A program made the translations under genes and the position numbers. The notes below the pieces were generated by a model, which saw nothing but the letters and a program-made list of their open reading frames with translations, was not told the DNA's origin and did not search any database. A DNA stretch of 64,000 bases. Source: Candidatus Latescibacterota bacterium (GTDB lineage Bacteria > Latescibacterota > UBA2968 > UBA8231). Where the stretch lies: positions 4,640,001 to 4,704,000 of the forward strand of contig CBDETY010000003.1 of assembly GCA_965243025.1 (NCBI GenBank). The letters are read 5' to 3'. Shown here one piece after another: positions 58,313 to 64,000 of this stretch (position 1 is the first letter of the stretch; each line of letters starts with the position of its first letter).

Positions 58313-59056
58313 ATGGCCGAACACGCGGCGCACACCGGAAACGGCAAGGCAACGCTGATCCGCACCGTGGGGCTGCGCAAGGTCTACACCACCGAGGAGG
58401 TGGAGACGACCGCCCTCGACAACGTCAACCTCGAGATCGCCGACGGGGAGTTCGCCGCCGTCATGGGGCCGTCCGGCTGCGGCAAGTCGACGCTGCTCAA
58501 CCTGCTCGGCCTGCTCGACAACCCGACAGGAGGGGAGTACTGGCTGCTGGAGGAAGAGGTCTCGACCTACTCCGAGCGCCTGCGGGCAAACCTGCGCAAG
58601 GGGACGATCGGCTTCGTCTTCCAGTCCTACAACCTGATCAACGAGCTGACCGTCCACGAGAACGTCGAGCTGCCCCTGCTCTACATGGGCCTGCCGGGCC
58701 GGGAGCGCCGGGAGCGGGTGAGGTCGATCCTCGACCGGATGCAGATCACCCACCGCGGCAAGCACTTTCCGCAGCAGCTGTCGGGGGGGCAGCAGCAGCG
58801 GGTGGCGGTGGCGAGGGCGCTGGTCTCGGAGCCGAAGCTGGTGCTCGCCGACGAGCCGACGGGCAACCTCGACTCGCGCCACGGCGACGAGGTCATGGAG
58901 ATGCTCACCGGGATCAACCGGTACGGCACCACCGTGGTGATGGTGACCCACTCACCTGCCTACGCCGACTTCGCCCACCGGGTCATCCACCTGTTCGACG
59001 GCCGCATCGCGACCGGGAACACCGCCGGGGGGCAGCCTTGCTCAGACACCACCTGA
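58313..59056 (+). CDS. ABC transporter ATP-binding protein (MacB/LolD-like)
   Basis: Walker A GPSGCGKST, signature LSGGQQQR, LADEPTGNLD, VTH. Confidence 0.95.
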   Translation: MAEHAAHTGNGKATLIRTVGLRKVYTTEEVETTALDNVNLEIADGEFAAVMGPSGCGKSTLLNLLGLLDNPTGGEYWLLEEEVSTYSERLRANLRKGTIGFVFQSYNLINELTVHENVELPLLYMGLPGRERRERVRSILDRMQITHRGKHFPQQLSGGQQQRVAVARALVSEPKLVLADEPTGNLDSRHGDEVMEMLTGINRYGTTVVMVTHSPAYADFAHRVIHLFDGRIATGNTAGGQPCSDTT

Positions 59057-61428
59057 CCCTGGCGCTTCGCCAGATCCGCCTCCAGTTCGGATACGTCGTA
59101 CTGAACGTTCTCGGACTGTCGGTGGGGCTTGCCAGTGCGGTTCTCAGCCTGCTCTACATCCAGGACGAGCTGGCCTACGATCGTTACGAGAACGGGGACC
59201 GGATCTACAAACTTCTGCGGCGACAACAGCTCGGGGGGCAGGATCCGGTGCTGAGAGAGGGAACCTCAGGCCTGCTCGGTCCGACGCTCAAATCGGAGTT
59301 CGCCGAAGTCGAGGAATTCATTCGTGTCCTCAACTCCGGCGGGTGGTTCGATTACGAAGGGAAATCCTTGCGCGGGAGGTTGTGTTCCGCCGACCCGGCC
59401 ATCATCGATATGTTCGACTTGCGCCTGGTCGGAGGGGAGCGACCGACTCCCGCAGACGGCTCGGCGCTGGTCACGGAAAGCGCCGCACTCCGGTTTTTCG
59501 GCTCCGAAGACCCGATCGGAAAAGTCGTGACCTCCAGGAACAGCTGGACGGGAGGAACCTATTCGATTGTCGGCATTGTCGAGGACCTCCCGCCGCAGAG
59601 CTACGGCCTCGGATCCTTCGACTTTCTGACCTCGACGCCGCCCGCCAATCCCTACGAGTGGTACTGGGAAGTCTGGGTCCGGGATTACCCATCCGCACTC
59701 TCGACCTACGTGTTGCTCAAGCCCGGCGCTTCGGCCGCTTCTCTTCAGGAGAAGCTTCCCTCCCTGGCGGCCCGCCATATGGGAGCCGAGTTCGCGAGCA
59801 GGAACACCTTGCTGCTGCAGCAGTTCTCGAGAATCTACCTGTATCACAACGTCGATTTCGCACAGCCCGGATTTGCCCGCATCGAGGTCGTCTACCTGTT
59901 CGCGGCCATAGCGGGATTCGTGCTGCTGCTGGCCTGTATCAACTTCACGAACCTGGCCACGGCCAGTGCCAGCCGCCGCGCCCGGGAGATCGGTTTGCGC
60001 AAGGCCCTGGGCGCCACCCGCGGGCGCCTGACGGGTCAGTTCCTGGGCGAGTCCGTCTTCATGGCGTTGGTCGCTTCGGCAGTCGGACTCCTCCTGGCAT
60101 ACCTGGTCCTTCCGAGCTACAACGATCTCGCGAACAAGCAACTCAGCCTTTCGTCGCTGCTGAGCCCGTCGCATGCCCTCTTTCTCCTGGCGCTGACCCT
60201 CTCGACCGGTCTGTTGGCCGGATGCTACCCGGCGCTGTTTGTCTCTGCTTTCAACCCCGTCCCGGTGCTGAAGGGGGGTTCTGTCATCTCCGGCGGGGAA
60301 AAGAGACTGATGCGGGTGCTCGTGGTCAGCCAGTTCGCCATCGCCTCGGCGCTGATCTCCACCACGATCGTCGTCAGGGATCAGATCGAATATGTCAGCA
60401 ACAAGAGACTGGGGTTCGACTCGGAGCATGTGTACGTGCTCCCGGTCTACGCCCTCAGCAAGAGGATCGACAAGCCTCGAATCAGAGACTACAACGCCTG
60501 GAAGCGATTGTTTCTCGAGCATCCGGACATTCTCGCCGGAAGCGCTTCCCAGACGCTGATCGGTTGGGGCGGAATGCTGCACAGCGTCTACCCGGAGGGT
60601 TTCGAGCCCGATACGATGCAGATGTGGATCATGGGTGTCGATGAGGACTTCCTCGACGTCCACGATATTCCCCTGGTTGCCGGCCGCTTCATTTCGGAGG
60701 CGGACACCACCAATGCCTATGTCCTCAACGAGACTGCGGTGAAGTCGCTCGGCTGGGACGATCCCCTTGGCAAAGGCTTCGGCTGGCACAAGAACAGGAA
60801 CGGATTCGTCGTCGGCGTCGTAAAGGACTTTCACAGTCACTCCCTGCACGAGCCGATCTCACCGGTCGTCCTCACCAAATGGACCAGCTCAAACAACAAC
60901 CTGAGCCTGAAAATCAGCGGCGAGAGCATTCCCGAAACCCTGGATTTCATGAAGGAAGTCTGGCTCGGGATCCACCCGGACAAGCCTTTTGACGGGTGGT
61001 TTCTCGACGACACGATCGACGGCCTGTACGCGAATGAGGCCGCCCTTGCCAGGACGGCGCGGATGTCGGCGGCACTCGCCGTGTTCGTGGCCTGTCTCGG
61101 CCTTTTCGGCCTGTCGTCATTTGCGGCACAGAAACGTCTCCGTGAGATCGCCATTCGCAAGGTCCTGGGGGCGTCCTCGACGGTCCTCGTTTACCTCGTT
61201 TCCAGGGAGTTTCTTCTGCTGGTCCTGATCGCCAACATCGTCGCGTTGCCGGTGGTCCACGTGCTGATGACGGAATGGCTGGACAATTTTGCCTACCACG
61301 CCGATCTGGCAGTCCGCCCGTTTGCGACAAGCTGCTTGCTGTCTGTCGGCATCGCTGTCGCCACTGTGAGTTATCACGCAGCAAGGGGTGCCTGGTTGAA
61401 TCCTGCCGAGACATTGCGGGACGAGTAA
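59038..61428 (+). CDS. ABC permease, duplicated MacB-periplasmic/FtsX type
   Basis: NVLGLSVG, LACINFTNL.TA..RRAREIGLRK.LGA, GVVKDFH..SLH, CLGLFGL, NPAETLRDE. Confidence 0.92.
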   Translation: MLRHHLTLALRQIRLQFGYVVLNVLGLSVGLASAVLSLLYIQDELAYDRYENGDRIYKLLRRQQLGGQDPVLREGTSGLLGPTLKSEFAEVEEFIRVLNSGGWFDYEGKSLRGRLCSADPAIIDMFDLRLVGGERPTPADGSALVTESAALRFFGSEDPIGKVVTSRNSWTGGTYSIVGIVEDLPPQSYGLGSFDFLTSTPPANPYEWYWEVWVRDYPSALSTYVLLKPGASAASLQEKLPSLAARHMGAEFASRNTLLLQQFSRIYLYHNVDFAQPGFARIEVVYLFAAIAGFVLLLACINFTNLATASASRRAREIGLRKALGATRGRLTGQFLGESVFMALVASAVGLLLAYLVLPSYNDLANKQLSLSSLLSPSHALFLLALTLSTGLLAGCYPALFVSAFNPVPVLKGGSVISGGEKRLMRVLVVSQFAIASALISTTIVVRDQIEYVSNKRLGFDSEHVYVLPVYALSKRIDKPRIRDYNAWKRLFLEHPDILAGSASQTLIGWGGMLHSVYPEGFEPDTMQMWIMGVDEDFLDVHDIPLVAGRFISEADTTNAYVLNETAVKSLGWDDPLGKGFGWHKNRNGFVVGVVKDFHSHSLHEPISPVVLTKWTSSNNNLSLKISGESIPETLDFMKEVWLGIHPDKPFDGWFLDDTIDGLYANEAALARTARMSAALAVFVACLGLFGLSSFAAQKRLREIAIRKVLGASSTVLVYLVSREFLLLVLIANIVALPVVHVLMTEWLDNFAYHADLAVRPFATSCLLSVGIAVATVSYHAARGAWLNPAETLRDE

Positions 61429-61687
61429 CGCCATGGCACGTGTGCCTGCGGCCGCCTGCCCTGATGCACGGCGTGACCCGGGAACCTTCGAGCAGCTTCG
61501 GCAAGGCGATCCGCAGTTTCGGGGCCGCTGTACGCAAGGACCTGGTTTCGATTCATACGAAACGAAGGGTTTCTCAACCCTCGACCGGTCGGTGTGAATT
61601 CGGCGAACCTGTCTCGATACCCCCGCAGCGGTTTCCCCCCCGGGCGGGGAAATCCCCCGGCTGCTCTCGAATGAAAGGACGGCCTCC

Positions 61688-63955
61688 ATGATACCCCCGC
61701 AGCTTCCATCGGCCGTAGTCGCTTCCGCCCTGGCCGGGTCCGCGGCGCTCGCCGAAGAACCCGCCGTCTACTGGCTCTCCGCCCCGGTTCAGCCCGGGGA
61801 GACCGCCATGGTGTGCGGCTTTTTCCCCCAGCACGAGGCCATGGAAGTTGCCCTGGAGCGGCTTCCGGACGGAAACCCCGGCGAGCCTTCCGGACGGCCC
61901 TGGAAGCCCTCCGGAGACCGCGTCCCCCCCGAAGCGGTGAAGCCCCTGCAGGCGAGCGAGACCGCCCTGATGTTCGAGCTGCCCGGCAGCGGGCCTGGCG
62001 TGTACGGCTACGCCCTGCATTCCCGCGCCGGGGCCGCCAGCTCCGGGCGCCTCAACCTGCCGGCGCCCTGGTGGACGCTCGGCGACGCCGTCACCGACCG
62101 CACCCCGTTCGGCGAGTGGCGCCTCGAGGACGGCGTCGTCCATGCCGGGGGCGGCCTGCGGATCATCGGGCGCTGCCTGAAGCTGGGCGAGAAGGAGCCG
62201 GCCGTGGCCCTGCGCTCGGGGGACGGGCGCGTGACCCTGCTGGACCCGGTGAAAGCCGAGCCCTTCTGCCTCGCGGTGACGGTGCCGGAAGAGCTGACCC
62301 CGGGCCGCTACGAGCTGTTCGTGCACAACGGCTACGGCGGCGAGCAGGCCTGGAGCGAAGCGCTCGACCTCGCGGTCCTTCCCCGGCAGGAAGAGAAGGA
62401 ACAACCCCTGCTGAACGCCGCCCATTTCGGGGCGGACGGAGACGACGGAGAGGACGACACCGAGGCGATCAAGGCGGCGCTGAAGGAGGCGGGCGAGCGC
62501 GGCGGAGGAGTCGTGCTGGTGCCTCGGGGCCGCTTCGTCGTCAGCGAGAAGCTGGTGATCCCGCCGCACGTCACCCTGCGCGGGGCCGGGCGCGAGCTGA
62601 CCGCCCTCTGCATGGCCGACACCGACGATCCGCCCGACGCCTGGGTCGAGGGCTCCCACCACTTCGCCATCGAGGACCTCACCCTCTACTGCAACCACCA
62701 CTTCCACGTCATCTCCAACAACACCGCCGCGGCGGTCCACACCCCGGCGGCTCCCATCGAGGACCCGGAGACCGCCGGCCACGTGCGCCTGACCCGGGTG
62801 CGCGTGCGCGCCGACTCGTTCCGGGGCCACCTGCCGCCGGACAAGCAGGAGGAGCGCGGCCGCACCCCCGGGCCGCGCGACACCATCCGCCTGAGCGGCC
62901 CCGACATCCGCATTACCGACTGCGACGTGTACGGCTCGGAGCGCTCCATCTACCTCCACTACGCGGTCGGGGCCCTGGTGGCCGGCAACACCTTCTACAA
63001 CGGGCGCTCCGGCTGGATGAACTTCAACGGCTGCGAGAACGTCGTCTTCGAGCGCAACCGCATCGCCGGCGCCGACCTGATGGCCACCGGGGGCGGCTAC
63101 GCCTGCTTCACCCGGGGGGTATCCCGCAACATCTACACCGCCCACAACAGCTACGAGAACATGAACGGCTGGGACCGGGAGGCGTTCACCTCCGACGCCG
63201 GCGGCGGCGCCTACTTCGGCCCCGTGGCAGCGGTCGAGGGGGACTGGATCCTGCTCGCCGGCGACCCGAAGTGGCAGCACCGGCACTGGACCGGCACCCT
63301 CGTCGCCGTCATCGCCGGCCGCGGTCGCGGCCAGTACCGCTCGGTGAAGTCCTGGGACGGCAGGCGTGTGCAGCTCGACCGGCCGTTCGACGTTGCGCTC
63401 GACGAGACCTCGCGGGTCACAGTCACCATGACGCACCGGCGCTACATCTTCTACGACAACGAGACCCGCGACGCCGGCATCGCCATCCAGTTCTACGGCA
63501 CCGCCACCGAGCACATCGTCGCCGACAACCGCAGCTGGCGGAGCGACGGTTTCCGCGCCTACGGGTTCTCCTACACGGGAGGAGTCCAGCCCAACCTCTA
63601 CCTCCAGTTCCTCGGCAACGAGATCCGCGAGGGCAACTGCTACCGCTTCGAGGATCCCCTGGTCTATCCTGCCCGCCTCAGCGTCGAGGGAACCCTGCCG
63701 AGCCTCCACTTCGGCTCCGTCCTGCGCAACAACCGCCTCCACAACAACGCCCGCCTCGAGGTGGTGGTCGGCGCCAACAGCGACGGGGCTACGGAGAACG
63801 TGGTGGTCGAGGGGAACCGGGTGGAGAACTCCGATATCGGGATACTGGTGGACGCGGGATGCCGGAACGTGCTGCTGCGGGGGAACCGGATGGAAGGCTG
63901 CCTCGTGCCGCTGCAGGACGACCGTGCGCAGCAGCCGGGGCGTTCGAGGCAATGA
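61688..63955 (+). CDS. Secreted right-handed beta-helix protein (pectate-lyase-3/polysaccharide-active-like)
   Basis: Signal-like N-terminus, an Ig-like region, FGADGDDGEDDTEAIKAAL...GGGVVLVPRGRF, LRGAG, and repeated Asn-ladder strands. Confidence 0.75.
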   Translation: MIPPQLPSAVVASALAGSAALAEEPAVYWLSAPVQPGETAMVCGFFPQHEAMEVALERLPDGNPGEPSGRPWKPSGDRVPPEAVKPLQASETALMFELPGSGPGVYGYALHSRAGAASSGRLNLPAPWWTLGDAVTDRTPFGEWRLEDGVVHAGGGLRIIGRCLKLGEKEPAVALRSGDGRVTLLDPVKAEPFCLAVTVPEELTPGRYELFVHNGYGGEQAWSEALDLAVLPRQEEKEQPLLNAAHFGADGDDGEDDTEAIKAALKEAGERGGGVVLVPRGRFVVSEKLVIPPHVTLRGAGRELTALCMADTDDPPDAWVEGSHHFAIEDLTLYCNHHFHVISNNTAAAVHTPAAPIEDPETAGHVRLTRVRVRADSFRGHLPPDKQEERGRTPGPRDTIRLSGPDIRITDCDVYGSERSIYLHYAVGALVAGNTFYNGRSGWMNFNGCENVVFERNRIAGADLMATGGGYACFTRGVSRNIYTAHNSYENMNGWDREAFTSDAGGGAYFGPVAAVEGDWILLAGDPKWQHRHWTGTLVAVIAGRGRGQYRSVKSWDGRRVQLDRPFDVALDETSRVTVTMTHRRYIFYDNETRDAGIAIQFYGTATEHIVADNRSWRSDGFRAYGFSYTGGVQPNLYLQFLGNEIREGNCYRFEDPLVYPARLSVEGTLPSLHFGSVLRNNRLHNNARLEVVVGANSDGATENVVVEGNRVENSDIGILVDAGCRNVLLRGNRMEGCLVPLQDDRAQQPGRSRQ

Positions 63956-64000
63956 GACCCCACCCCGGACTTCTGCAGCCGCCCCGGTTTATCGTTCCGG

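Overview
This 64-kb window is GC-rich, gene-dense chromosomal DNA from a diderm bacterium. It encodes outer-membrane beta-barrel and LpoB-type lipoproteins and makes vitamin B6 by the PdxS/PdxT route. The many Gfo/Idh/MocA, enolase-superfamily, TIM-barrel epimerase and secreted glycan-active genes suggest a Latescibacterota/FCB-like heterotroph (inference only). I can support about 56 CDSs, one tRNA-Glu(UUC), one VapBC-type toxin-antitoxin pair and one 168-bp MITE-like palindrome. I found no CRISPR array, rRNA, integrase or transposase. Main highlights: (1) a phosphonate operon in which a Zn-alcohol dehydrogenase sits with phnA and phnY and no phnW is present, suggesting 2-hydroxyethylphosphonate -> phosphonoacetaldehyde -> phosphonoacetate -> acetate + Pi; (2) soxBDAG/mgdABCD-like genes next to a gmaS-like gene and acnA but without mgsABC, with an in-frame repeat expansion inside the alpha subunit; (3) an orphan catabolic island with an NCS1 permease, a coupled 47-aa membrane peptide, an OYE-type flavoenzyme, two beta-propellers, GH-like and GH88-like enzymes and a divergent ThDP enzyme; (4) a probable non-canonical ATC start behind a perfect Shine-Dalgarno; (5) the MITE supplying a neighbouring stop codon; (6) an NYN nuclease-cold-shock-domain fusion; (7) an envelope operon of COG3014-like lipoprotein, unknown exported protein, LpoB-like lipoprotein and OMP. 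All product calls come from motif recognition by eye; no database search was run.
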